The notes beneath the pieces were generated by a model. That model was given only the letters and a program-made list of their open reading frames with translations. It did not search any database and was not told the origin of the DNA. A stretch of 45,797 bases of DNA, counting the filler, from Catajapyx aquilonaris (taxonomy: Eukaryota): NCBI GenBank assembly GCA_000934665.2. It is 2 parts of 2 records of this genome, joined end to end, with 100 filler letters (N's around TTAATTAATTAA, not from the genome) between each part and the next. Parts side by side here need not be neighbours in the genome. Positions count along the whole stretch, not along the records: positions 22,930 to 45,797 come from JYFJ02005802.1; 1 more part is not named here. The stretch is one strand, 5' to 3'. Shown here in pieces: positions 22,930-33,834 of the stretch. The translations under genes and the position numbers were made by a program. Each line of letters begins with the position of its first letter. Position 1 is the first letter of the stretch.

Positions 22930-23643
22930 ACCCTCCTTTTCGGGAACTTCCTCCAGATTTTTCTGGCGGCTGGTGTAATAGTCCCGTGACTCTCTGTCTA
23001 TTTTATTTTTCATGCCAATCCTGACAATATAGTGACAAACGCGGTTGTAGGATTCGGATTCTAACAGGAGTCGCTTCTCAGGCTACGTTTTGCAGATTTG
23101 TTCGCCACCACGGACTACCACTGTTATCTAATTAGAATGGCATCGTGTCTTGTTGTGTGGTATCTTATTCAACAAAGTTTACCTCATTTCCCTCTGCCTA
23201 ATGAAAAAGTATTCTCATATCACGCTCGATTGGTTTACCAATCTCGTTTTTGAGGAGAAAAGTTTAAAAGGAATCACAACCTTTCTGTATTTAAAGTACT
23301 GATTGCCAGCAATGAATGAGACCAAAGTGAATTTTAAAACCAAAGATAAACCTGCATGTAGTCGAGAGTCTCTCTTCTGCAAGCATACGTAAATGGAAGG
23401 ATTTCTCTATATTGGAAAAAAACTGCCTACTTATTAGTATTTATAAGTACCAGATCAGTACTGAAGTACCTGTCACTGTTCAGAGTACTACATGTGTGTA
23501 ACATACACGTATGAAATTGCATGAAAATTGGTGAGGAAAAAGCATTTATTTCTGGCCAAGCACAGAGCCAAAACTTGCTCTGCATAGCCTACACTTGAAT
23601 ATACAAGTATTTCAGGGACTTAATGAGCACATACCAATTTCAG

Positions 23644-23925
23644 GGAAACGGTGCCCAAGAGAATATGAGAAATGGAATGCAGCAAGACACGTACAAAACG
23701 TACAAAAGGAAACGCTTCGGGGGGGGTTGTGTCAGATTTGCAAGAGGAAATTTATATATTAACTCCTTGAGTATGTTGAATTTCCACATGATAACCCACG
23801 CAAAAGAGAAGCCATTCATTTGCCTGGTTTGCAACAAAAGGTTCCCCCCTTTTATGATTCACATAGGGATGGTGAAATATCCTGTGATCAGCCCAAGAAT
23901 GCCACTACTTGGTGCCCCATTTTAA
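23644..23925 (+). pseudogene. Truncated inverted copy of the ZnF terminal exon (unit A)
   Basis: tttcag acceptor then GNGAQENMRNGMQQD; finger 1 scrambled; homology ends after KPFICLVCNKRF. Confidence 0.85.
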
Positions 23926-24689
23926 TATCGAATATCAAACTCCTTCATGAAAAAGTCGCAAACTTAATGAACGCTCCTCTTAGGTAGTGTATACAAGAGT
24001 TAAGAATAGCAAATGGTATGAAATTGTAAAATTATAGTCTCTTCGTGTTCACTCAATCCTCATTTCCTACCCTGTTCTTTTCCTTTCATCAGATTACCAT
24101 ATCTTTCGACACATGATACCACAACCAGCCATTTCATGCCCTCTGTACGGGTCAATGACTTTCTCGGCATTCAAGCTGCTCTCCACAAACTTAAAAGGCC
24201 CCAACTATTTTGCCGACAACACCAATAGTCTACAAACAAGGCACCACAATCGTATATGCCAGAGGTAATTAGGTTCATGTTGGGTTACAGAGTTACGAGC
24301 TGAATACCAGTAGATTTTTTATTTTTTTGCACGCCATGAATATTATTATTGCTATCACGTCGTACCGGACTGCTACAGTCTATGCAAGTGAAATTCAATT
24401 TATGAACTGTACACGTTTAGACATCAACCTGGAAAACAAGTAACTGTAAAATGGAAGGTAATGTAGATGGTTAATAATAATACAGTGAGGATCCAGAACA
24501 AAAAATTCGTGTTGAATTCTTTTTAATGTTTTCATGTAATATTTATTTAACTTTATATTATTTCCACACCAAGGATAACTAAACCCGCAGATAAACCGAG
24601 AAAGACTGTACTGTACTCTCATGCCCATTCTGTCATGTTCACACTGATCAGCCTAATTATGCTTATTTTCCGTTTTCTGAGTACTAAAG

Positions 24690-24912
24690 TCCGGTCGGTA
24701 TCCATGCGAGAGTTTTCTCTTGCCAGAGAAGCCAACTGCGCATGACCGGATCGGAGGAACATCGGAAGAAAAGTATAAAATTTTCATCGTTAATCCCCTT
24801 TCTGAGGGGCGAGAGGGGGCCGGAGACGAAAAATATAGTCAGTCTCGACGTACAAGAGTACAAAATTTCTCGCGCAAGAGAAACTCTTGCGCGGATACCG
24901 CCGATACCGGGC
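24690..24912. mobile_element. Harbinger-type MITE, degraded copy
   Basis: Homologous to 32514-32727 and 29680-29890. Confidence 0.7.
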
Positions 24913-25172
24913 TTAAGCTGAGTCTATTCTGCACAGGCTACATAACATGTCCATACAACCAATGGGAGGGCAACAAAACACAGTTCACATCTCTCTGGCT
25001 TCCAGGCTCTTTGGGGGAGATTGCACCCCTCCTGTCTTTGCTTCAACATCTCTGACATCATCTAAAACCACAATCAAGGTCGCTTCCTAAGCTGTTCATA
25101 AAATCTAGCTATTGCAGCTAACAGAGGATGTGGTGATAACTTGACAGTGTGTGAAATGTGGTCTTACACAAC

Positions 25173-25919
25173 TCACACACTTTTTTTGTGATGAGCTGTT
25201 ATGTGTCTTTCCAAACTTACTGTCCGAGAAAACCCTTCCTTGCAAACCAGGCAACGGTATGGCTTTTCAGCTGCATGTATCTTCGAGTGTTTGGTCAGAG
25301 CCGATGAGCTAATTAACTTTTTGTTGCAAACCTGGCAACAAAATGGCTTCTCTCCCTTATGTGTTCTAGTGTGTCTTTTCAAATGAGTTGAGGCACGAAA
25401 CGCTCTTTTGCACACCTGGCAACTGAATGGCTTCTCTCCCGTGTGCATTCTGGTGTGTCTATTCAAACTTCCTGCCCGACTAAATCTTTTGTTGCAAACC
25501 TGGCAACTGAATGGCTGCTCTCCCGTGTGCATTCGGGCGTGCGCATTCAAATTTTCTCCCTGACTAAATCTTTTGTTGCAGATCTGGCAACTGAATGGCT
25601 TCTCTCCCGTGTGCACTCTGGTGTGTCTATTCAAATTTCCTGCCTTACGAAACTTTTTGTTGCAAACCTGGCAACTGAATGGCTTCTCTCCCGTGTGCAT
25701 TCGGGCGTGATTATTCAAACTTCCTGCCAGACTAAATCTTTTGTTGCAAACCTGGCTACTGAATGGCTTCTCTCTTGCGTGGGTTCTCACGTGGAAATTC
25801 AACTTCCTCAAGGAGTTGAATTTCCTCTTGCAAATCTGACACACATTCCCCCCCAATCGTTTCCTTTTGTACATGTCTTGCTCCATTCCAGTCTTCATAT
25901 TCTCTTGAGCACCTTTTCC
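25173..25919 (-). CDS. C2H2 zinc-finger terminal exon, 8 fingers (unit B)
   Basis: Tandem CxxC-x12-HxxxH with TGEKPF linkers; finger 2 has a C-to-S change; acceptor cccatttcag/ at 25920 gives phase-0 GKGAQENM; AATAAA on the - strand at 24542-24547. Confidence 0.9.
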   Translation of the reverse strand, partial: GKGAQENMKTGMEQDMYKRKRLGGNVCQICKRKFNSLRKLNFHVRTHAREKPFSSQVCNKRFSLAGSLNNHARMHTGEKPFSCQVCNKKFRKAGNLNRHTRVHTGEKPFSCQICNKRFSQGENLNAHARMHTGEQPFSCQVCNKRFSRAGSLNRHTRMHTGEKPFSCQVCKRAFRASTHLKRHTRTHKGEKPFCCQVCNKKLISSSALTKHSKIHAAEKPYRCLVCKEGFSRTVSLERHITAHHKKSV

Positions 25920-26045
25920 CTGAAATGGGTAAGTATGTGCTCATTAAATTCATGAAAATAATACTGTATATGCAAGTGTATGCAGAGCAAATTTTGACTC
26001 ACAACCAACTCACTCTTTTTACCCTCCTAAATTTTGAAAATTTTC

Positions 26046-26543
26046 GGATTTTCTAATTAATATTCTGCTTGGCATATAGTGTTGTGCAAACATCACCTCT
26101 GCTGCTAATTTTCACGTTAACATGGTCAATATATAAATAAGCCAAAATGCGACATTCCGAAGTCACAACACGTGCATCCGGTCACGGGTGGCCGCGACTG
26201 ATATCAGTGATATGTAAACAATTGATTAAACTTGATTCATAAGGGCCAGTTGCACCGGCCTCAGTATAACTTAGAACCACGGGGGGGGGGGGGGGGGNGT
26301 ACAAATCACCCGAGCGATTTGTCAACAATGATTGATGGCAATTCTTGTTATACCCGAGGTTCTAAGTTATACTGAGGCCGGTGCAACTGGCCCTAAATTG
26401 CTACATAAAATTGATTTTGAAGCGTGTGAGGTGACATTTTACTCGTTCGCGCCAACTTAGAGCCCGCAATTTGCCGCAATTAGCAGCAGAGGTGATGTTT
26501 GCACAACACTATAGTGTATAGGCCAAGCATAATTAGAAAATCC
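26046..26543. repeat. Inverted-repeat element with ~65-bp arms hosting a nested MITE
   Basis: GGATTTTCTAATT...TATAGTGTTGTGCAAACATCACCTCTGCTGCTAATT and its reverse complement at ~26478-26543. Confidence 0.75.
26243..26393. mobile_element. PIF/Harbinger MITE
   Basis: Perfect ~36-bp TIR GGGCCAGTTGCACCGGCCTCAGTATAACTTAGAACC with TAA TSD. Confidence 0.92.
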
Positions 26544-27154
26544 CCCAAAAATGCAAAGGGACATCGCACAAAATGTATGGGCGAGTGCCATTCCGTTCGA
26601 TTTGCCTGAAAATGTGATATGTTGTAGCCCAGAACGTCCAGATCAATGTTAGATAGGGACATTTTAAGGTAGGCCCTACAGAAAGCGTGCTAATGACCTC
26701 CGAAGGTAATAGGGGGAGTAGTAGACTACAATAATCATGTCTCCAGGAACTCAATGGTTATTGCATTAAATAATCTATTAATCTTTATTACCTATTCATG
26801 TGGTTCAAATTCTACTCCATGAAGGTTGTCACTTGGAGTTTTCTCCAGCTGCATTTCAACATTCATTGGGTCAATGGAGGGAAGGTTTCTCTTACCGCAG
26901 TCTTCTATCTATGGTATTGAGCATCTTCGATGAATAGCGATTAGCATGCTCACTGTACTGTACGTCCTACCTCGAAATGTCCCCATCCAACATTGATCAG
27001 GATGGTCTGGGCTACAACATATCCAATTTTCAGCCAAATCGAACGGAAGGCCATCGCCCATACAATTTGTGCGATGTCTTTTAGGAGGGTAGAAAGAGCG
27101 TGATTCGAGAAGACTTTTTCGTATTGGGCTGCGGGAAATAATGGTGTCGACATG

Positions 27155-28468
27155 ATCTAATACATATTTCTCGACGTATATCTGTCTGTCTGTCTGTCCG
27201 CTATGCAAATCCGTACGGAGGCCTCGACATACGCCCGAGGGGATTGATTAGGGGTAGTTTTTTTTACCGGTAATGACATAAGCACATTGGAATTGACCTC
27301 CGAGGTCATCCTTGGCCACAGGAGGCGAAAAGAACTTTAGATGTTGGCCCCCTGTTGTTCTAATAATGATGTTTAGTTGCCTTGGAAACCATATTCCTTC
27401 CCTCCCTCCCTCCCTCCCTCACGTTTTGTTCATAATATTCAAAGAGTTCCATATCTTGCTATCCTGGTATCTTATTCCATCTTTATCCCCCTAGACACGG
27501 TGGCACGGTCCAAGAAGAAAAAAAAAGAAAAAAAAGAAGAAGAAAAAAAGAAAGTTTCTTGGTCCCTCATCCTTAGCTGAACTCTGCGTGTATCCAATGC
27601 GCTTCTGCCAGTGCTACTCTTTATGTTTTTAGGCCCATCTTAAAGTTGGTGGGGTGTTGAGAATGTGGAGGTCCAAACGCTAGAAAGTGAAAAAACAAAC
27701 AAATGAAAAAAAGAATGAAAACTGCATGACACATACCTACGTAGGCCACATTATGCCACACCTTATACCTTTATACCACACCTTAAATACGTTAAACCAC
27801 ATCCCAAAACGACTTTTGAATATAGTTACACTGAGAATGTGGAGGTCCAAGATTTACAAAGAGGGAAAAAGCAAATAAAGGCAAAGCGATTGACACAGAA
27901 CGTAACACAGTTCGGAACAGGAGAATTCCGACAAAAAGCACATGACACAGTATACGTAGAGGAAAAGGTATGGCACTGGCAGGAAAAGTACGCCAAGAAA
28001 ATCCCGACAGGCTGCCTGAACAAACAACCCAAAACCGCCATTCTTACATACAGCGCATTTGTATACCACGAGCTCGAACCCTGGGCCTGCCCCGAGGCCG
28101 TAGCTGGACCGTGCCACCGTGTCTAGGGGGATAAAGATGGAATAAGATACCAGGATAGCAAGATATGGAACTCTTTGAATATTATGAACAAAACGTGAGG
28201 GAGGGAGGGAGGAAGGGAGGGAGGGAAGGAATATGGTTTCCAAGGCAACTAAACATCATTATTAGAACAACAGGGGGCCAACATCTAAAGTTCTTTTCGC
28301 CTCCTGTGGCCAAGGATGACCTCGGAGGTCAATTCCAATGTGCTTATGTCATTACCGGTAAAAAACTACCCCTAATCAATCCCCTCGGGCGTATGTCGAG
28401 GCCTCCGTACGGATTTGCATAGCGGACAGACAGACAGACAGATATACGTCGAGAAATATGTATTAGAT
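27155..28468. repeat. Near-perfect ~360-bp inverted repeat with a ~590-bp spacer
   Basis: 27155-27512 versus 28105-28468; differences mainly in homopolymer and CCCT tracts; arms contain (CTGT)n. Confidence 0.93.
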
Positions 28469-28669
28469 GTAGTAATTGTACAGCGTACAACGTGCGTATA
28501 ATAGTTATTTTCATGCAATTGATACGTCCACGTATCAAATTCCATGAAAATTGGTCAGGAGAAAGGATTTATTTCTGGACAAGCACAGAGTCAAAACTTG
28601 CTCTGCATATACTTGAATATACAAGTATTTCATGAACATAATGAGCACGCACTTTCTTACCCATTTCAG

Positions 28670-28945
28670 GGAAAAGGTGCCCAAGAGAATATGAGAAATG
28701 GAATGCAGCAAGTCACGTACAAAAGGAAACGCTGGGGGGGGGGGNGGGGGGATGTGTGTCAAATTTGCAAGAGGAAATTTAACACCTCGAGTAAGTTGAA
28801 TTTCCACATGATAACCCACGCAAGAGAGAAGCCATTCATTTGCCTGGTTTGCAACAAAAGGTTCCTTCATTTTATGATTCATATAGGAATGGTGAAATGT
28901 CCTGTTATCAGCCCAAGAATGCCTCTACTTGGTGTCTCATTTTAA
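28670..28945 (+). pseudogene. Truncated inverted copy of the ZnF terminal exon (unit C)
   Basis: cccatttcag acceptor, GKGAQENMRNGMQQ, one intact finger, same breakpoint and same tail as unit A. Confidence 0.85.
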
Positions 28946-29679
28946 TATCGAATATTAAACTCCTCCATGAAAAAGTCGCGAACTTTATGAACGCTCCTCG
29001 CAGGTAGTGTACAAGAGTGAAGAATAGCAAATGGTATGAAATTGTAAAATTAAAGTCTCTTCGTGTTCACTCAATCCCCATTCGTTTCCTACCCTGTTCT
29101 TTTCCTTTCACCTGATTACCATATCTTTCGACACATACCTAATACCACATCCTGCCACATTTCATGCCCTCTGTGTGGGTCCATGACTTTCTGCACATTC
29201 AAGCTGTTCTCCACAAACTTAAAAGGCCCCAACTATTTTGCTGACAACACCAATAGTTCGCAAACAAGCCACCACAATTAAATGTCAGTAGTAAATTAGG
29301 TTCCTGTTGGGCTAGAGAGTTACGAGACGAATACCATTATAATGTCTTTTATTTTTGTACATCATGAATTATTGCTATTAATATCGTACTCATACCTATG
29401 TCCGACAAGTTCAATTTATGAACCGCACACGTTTAGACATATCCTGGAAAACAACGAACAGTAAAATAGAAGGTATAACAATACAGTGAGTATCCAGAAC
29501 AAGAAATGCGCGTTGAATTCTTTTTAATGTTTCAATAAGATTTATTTAACTTTATATTTTCACACCAAGGATAACTAAACCCACATATAAACCGAGGCCG
29601 ACTGCACTGTACTCTCATGCCCATTCTGTCATGTTCACACGGATCAGCATACGCTTATCTTCCGTTTTCTGAGTCCATG

Positions 29680-29890
29680 CGGTATCCATACGAGTTTTCT
29701 CTTGTCAGAGCGAATGCGCATGACAGGATCAAGGGTACAGAGGAAAAGTAGTAAATATTTTCAACATTAATCCCTCTTCTGAACGGCGAGAGGGGGCCTG
29801 AGGCGAAACACGTCCGTCTCGACGTGAACAGTACAAGGTTTCTCGATTAAGAGGACTCTGACAAGAGAAACTCTTGCGTGGATACCGCCG
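29680..29890. mobile_element. Harbinger-type MITE, degraded copy at the position homologous to 24690
   Basis: Shared by both duplicated cassettes, so it predates the duplication. Confidence 0.7.
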
Positions 29891-30157
29891 ATACAGGGAT
29901 TCAGTTGAGTCTATTCTGCACTGGCTACGTAACATGTCCATACAACCAATGGGAGGGCAGCAAAACACAGTTCACATCTGTCTGGCCTTCAGGCTGTTCG
30001 GGGTCGATTGCACTCCTACCTATCTCTGCTTCCATATCTCTGACATCTAAATCCACCATCAAGATCGCTTCCTAAGCTGTTCATAAAATCTATCTATTGC
30101 AGCTAACAGAGGATGTGGTGATAACTTGACAGTGTGAGAAATGTGGTCTTACACAAC

Positions 30158-31660
30158 TCACACACTTTTTTTGTGATGCGCTCTTCTGTGTCTTTCCAAA
30201 CTTACTCTCCCAGAAAACCCTTCCTTGCAAACCAGGCAACGGTATGGCTTTTCAGCTGCATGTATCTTCGAGTGTTTGGTCAGAGCCGTTGTCGTAATAA
30301 ACTTTTTCTTGCAAACCTGGCAACTAAATGGCTTCTCTCCCGTGTGAATTCTGGCGTGTTCATTCAAATGTCCTGCTTGACTAAACTTTTTGTTGCAAAC
30401 CTGGCAACTAAAAGGCTTCTTTCCCGTGTGAATTTTGGCGTGTACATTCAAATGTCCTGCCCGGCTGAACCTTTTGTTGCAAACCTGGCAACCAAATGGT
30501 TTCTCTCCCGTGTGCATTCTGGCGTGTTCATTCAAATGTCCTGCCTGGTTAAACTTTTTCTTGCAAACCAGGCAACTGTATGGTTTCTCTCCGGTGTGCA
30601 TTCTGGCGTGTTTATTCAAATGTCCTGCCTGGTTAAACTTTTTGTTACAAACCAGACAACTGTATGGTTTCTCTCCGGTGTGGGTCCTCAGGTGAGTTCT
30701 CAATGCAGTTGAAGTTCTAAACTCCTTTTTGCAAACCTGGCAACTAAATGGCTTCTCTCCCGTATGAATTCTGGAGTGTCCTTTCAAATGTTCTGACTGA
30801 CTAAACCTTTTGTTGCAAACCTGGCAACTGTATGGCTTCTCTCCCGTATGTGTTCTGGTATGTATTTTCAATTGTCCTGAATGTCTATACTTTTTGTTGC
30901 AAAACAGGCAACTGAATGGTTTCTCTGCTGTGTGGGTCCTCTGGTGACTTCTCAAGTCAGATGAGGTTCTACACTTTTTGTTGCAAACCTGGCAACTGAA
31001 TGGCTTCTCTCCTGTGTGGGTGCTCAGGTGAGTTCTCAATGCAGTTGAAGTTCTAAACTCTCTTTTGCATACCTGGCAACTAAATGGCTTCTCTCCCGTA
31101 TGAATTCTGGAGTGTGCTTTCAAATGTGCTGACTGACTAAACTTTTTGTTGCAAACCTGGCAACTGAATGGCTTCTCTCCTGTGTGGGTCCTCAGGTGAG
31201 TTCTCAATTCAAATGAGGTTCTAAACGCTCTTTTGCAAACCTGGCAACTAAACGGCTTCTCTCCCGTATGAATTCTGGAGTGTGCTTTCAAATGTTCTGA
31301 CTGACTAAACCTTTTGTTGCAAACCTGGCAACTGAATGGCTTCTCTCCTGTGTGGGTCCTCAGGTGAGTTCTCAATACAGATGAAGTTTTAAACTTCCTT
31401 TTGCAAACCTGGCAACTGAATGGCTTCTCTCCCTTATGTATTCTGGTGTGTATTTGCAAAAGTCCTGACCGACTAAACCTTTTGTTGCAAACCAGGCAAA
31501 TGAATGGCTTCTCTCTTGCGTGGGTTCTCATGTGGAAATTCAACTTACTCAAGAACTTAAAATTCCTCTTGCAAATCTGACAGACATTCCTCCCCAAGCG
31601 TTTCCGTTCGTACATGTCTTGCTGCATTCCATTCTTCATATTCTCTTGGGCACCTTTTCC
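30158..31660 (-). CDS. C2H2 zinc-finger terminal exon, 17 fingers (unit D)
   Basis: 493-aa open frame of tandem fingers; acceptor cccatttcag/ at 31661, phase 0; AATAAA on the - strand at 29541-29546. Confidence 0.92.
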   Translation of the reverse strand, partial: GKGAQENMKNGMQQDMYERKRLGRNVCQICKRNFKFLSKLNFHMRTHAREKPFICLVCNKRFSRSGLLQIHTRIHKGEKPFSCQVCKRKFKTSSVLRTHLRTHTGEKPFSCQVCNKRFSQSEHLKAHSRIHTGEKPFSCQVCKRAFRTSFELRTHLRTHTGEKPFSCQVCNKKFSQSAHLKAHSRIHTGEKPFSCQVCKREFRTSTALRTHLSTHTGEKPFSCQVCNKKCRTSSDLRSHQRTHTAEKPFSCLFCNKKYRHSGQLKIHTRTHTGEKPYSCQVCNKRFSQSEHLKGHSRIHTGEKPFSCQVCKKEFRTSTALRTHLRTHTGEKPYSCLVCNKKFNQAGHLNKHARMHTGEKPYSCLVCKKKFNQAGHLNEHARMHTGEKPFGCQVCNKRFSRAGHLNVHAKIHTGKKPFSCQVCNKKFSQAGHLNEHARIHTGEKPFSCQVCKKKFITTTALTKHSKIHAAEKPYRCLVCKEGFSGRVSLERHRRAHHKKSV

Positions 31661-31970
31661 CTGAAATGGGTAAGTATGTGCTCATTAAATTTATGAAATA
31701 CCGTTCTGTATATGCAAGTGTATGCAGAGCAAGCTTTGACTCTGTGTGCTTGCCCATAAATAAACCCCTTCTCTTCATCAATTTGAATGCAATTTGAGAC
31801 TTGTTATGTTATACGCGATTATACGTATGTAGTACTGTACAGTACTGATAAATACAGATAAGTGTGCAAGTTTTTATCCAATTCAGAGAAACCCTGCCAT
31901 TTACGCATGTTTGCAGAAGAGAGATTTTTGACTATAATTATGTAGGTTTCCAGGACACCAGTCTGTGTGC

Positions 31971-32400
31971 TAGACCTTGGCGGATAGAGTGAACCTGGAA
32001 AACCGGAAGTGGCCGGTCACCCCTAGGTTGACCATGAAATCCATTTAGGGATCCGCAGAATCAGAATCAGAAAACCGTTTGTCGCCATCTCATGCGGTTT
32101 AAGTCCCGATACCTATCCAAGGACGGACGGATACATAGCTGTTCTATAATCCTTTTTTGATGAGAAAAGTCTAGTAGTCTCATAGAACGGCTCTGTGTCC
32201 GTCCGTCCGTCCGTCCGTGGACAAGGATCATGGATTAAACCGCAAGAGTTAGATGACAAATGGTTTCCTGATTCGGATTCAGCGGACCCTAAATGGGTTT
32301 CATGGTCAACTTACGGTGACCGGCTACTTCCGGTTTTCCAGATTCACTCAAACAGTTATCAAGATCAAGATGCACGGCAGTGCATCCGCGGCCAAGTCTA
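31971..32400. mobile_element. Palindromic repeat element with (GTCC)n, DINE/Helentron-like sequence
   Basis: ~180-bp inverted arms containing GATTCGGATTCAGCGG and CACTTCCGGTTTTCC; relatives at 36057-36665 and 39400-39610. Confidence 0.7.
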
Positions 32401-32513
32401 AGCCACTTCCACTGCCACTGACCCGGACTAGCCCCCAAGAAATATTCTTGACTAGCACCGTCTCTCCTTTACTCTTACGTCTCTCGCTGCCGTGCATCCT
32501 TTACTAGAGCTAA

Positions 32514-32727
32514 AAGCCGGTACCGACGTAAGAGTTTTCTCTCATAAGAGGAGCCAACTGCGCATGCCCGGATACGAGGAAAGAGGGAAAGTTGAAAATG
32601 CTCAACTTTAATCCCCTTTTAGAGGGACAAGAGGGGCCCTGAGGCGACAAAGAGTCCGTCTCGACGTACAAGATTTCTCGCGTAAGAGGACTCTTATGAG
32701 AGAAAACTCTAACGTGGATACCGGCTT
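32514..32727. mobile_element. PIF/Harbinger MITE
   Basis: AAGCCGGTA...TACCGGCTT with subterminal AGAGTTTTCTCTCATAAGAG inverted repeat; TAA TSD. Confidence 0.85.
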
Positions 32728-33011
32728 TAACTCGTTCTCTACAGAAATTTTCTAGTTCGGCACAGGAAAACGCTGCAAGTCTGAAATGTTAATACGACAA
32801 TAGGTCACACCCAGGAACCCTACAAATAAATTTTCGTGAAATTTGGACCACTAGGTCCATAGAAATTCAATATGGTTAATATTAAAGTGTCATAATTTCA
32901 AAAAAAAAAAAAAATCATGTCGGGACAATTAATGGGTGGAATTTTCGTCATACTACTACAGTAACTCTAGCTACTGCTAACTTAGCAGTATACCTTTGCA
33001 CTATACTTGTA

Positions 33012-33745
33012 CAGGGTGTCCCTAAATGATTGTCAACTTTTGAAAGCTGCTTAATTTCTATTAGATGCGGTGTGCAATGACAAGACATACATAGAACGAA
33101 AGACCACATTTGGGAGTTTTTATTGCACACAGAAAAGTTGGTTCCGCACTTTGACGCGAGGCACACAGGGCCACTCCACAAAATGGTGTCTCTCGAACAG
33201 AAAACGTTCAGTGTCCTGCAGTTTGCAAAGCTTGGTTCGGTATTTACTGTTCAGCAGTCCTTCCGGCAACAGTACGGACGACGTTACGCCCCTCCCTACA
33301 ATAATTCAACGGTGGTTCCAGAAGTTTCAGAAGACGGGATGCCTTTGCAAGGGCAAGGATCGGCGGATCGGACATGCCGGTCAGCAAGATCTGGTTTTTC
33401 TCCAGTGGCCGCCAAGGTCTCCCGACCTCACCCCATGTGACTTTTTCCTCTGGGGGTATATGTAAAGGACCAGGTCTTCGTACCACGTCTACCTACCAGC
33501 CTGTGTGAGTTGAAACGCAGGATTGTTGCTGCTTTGGAATCAATCACACCAGACATGCTGGCCTGTGTAGAGAATTGGACTATCATGTCGTGTGACGAAA
33601 GGTGCTCATATTGAGCACTTGGTAGTGTGTGCAATAAAAACTCCCAAATGTGCTCTTTCGTTCTATGTCTGTCTTGTCATTGTACACAGCAAATAATAAA
33701 AATTAAACAACTTTCAAATGTTGACAATCATTTAGGGACACCCTG
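33012..33745 (+). mobile_element. Internally deleted Tc1/mariner element (DUF4817 HTH; probably rosa/DD41D type)
   Basis: ~130-bp TIR CAGGGTGTCCCTAAATGATTGTCAAC, TA TSD; MVSLEQKTFSVLQFAK... joined to WPPRSPDLTPCDFFLWGY; nested in an older inverted repeat (~32932-33792). Confidence 0.9.
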
Positions 33746-33834
33746 TACTGCTAAGTAAGAAGTAACTAGTAGAACGACGAAAATTCCACCCATCGTTTTC
33801 AGAAAGGAGACTTCATGAGCAGTAAATTGCTTAA

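Noticed and set aside
30134..30712. + strand repetitive ORFs (also 25443-25955)
   Set aside because: Antisense shadows of the 84-bp zinc-finger repeats.
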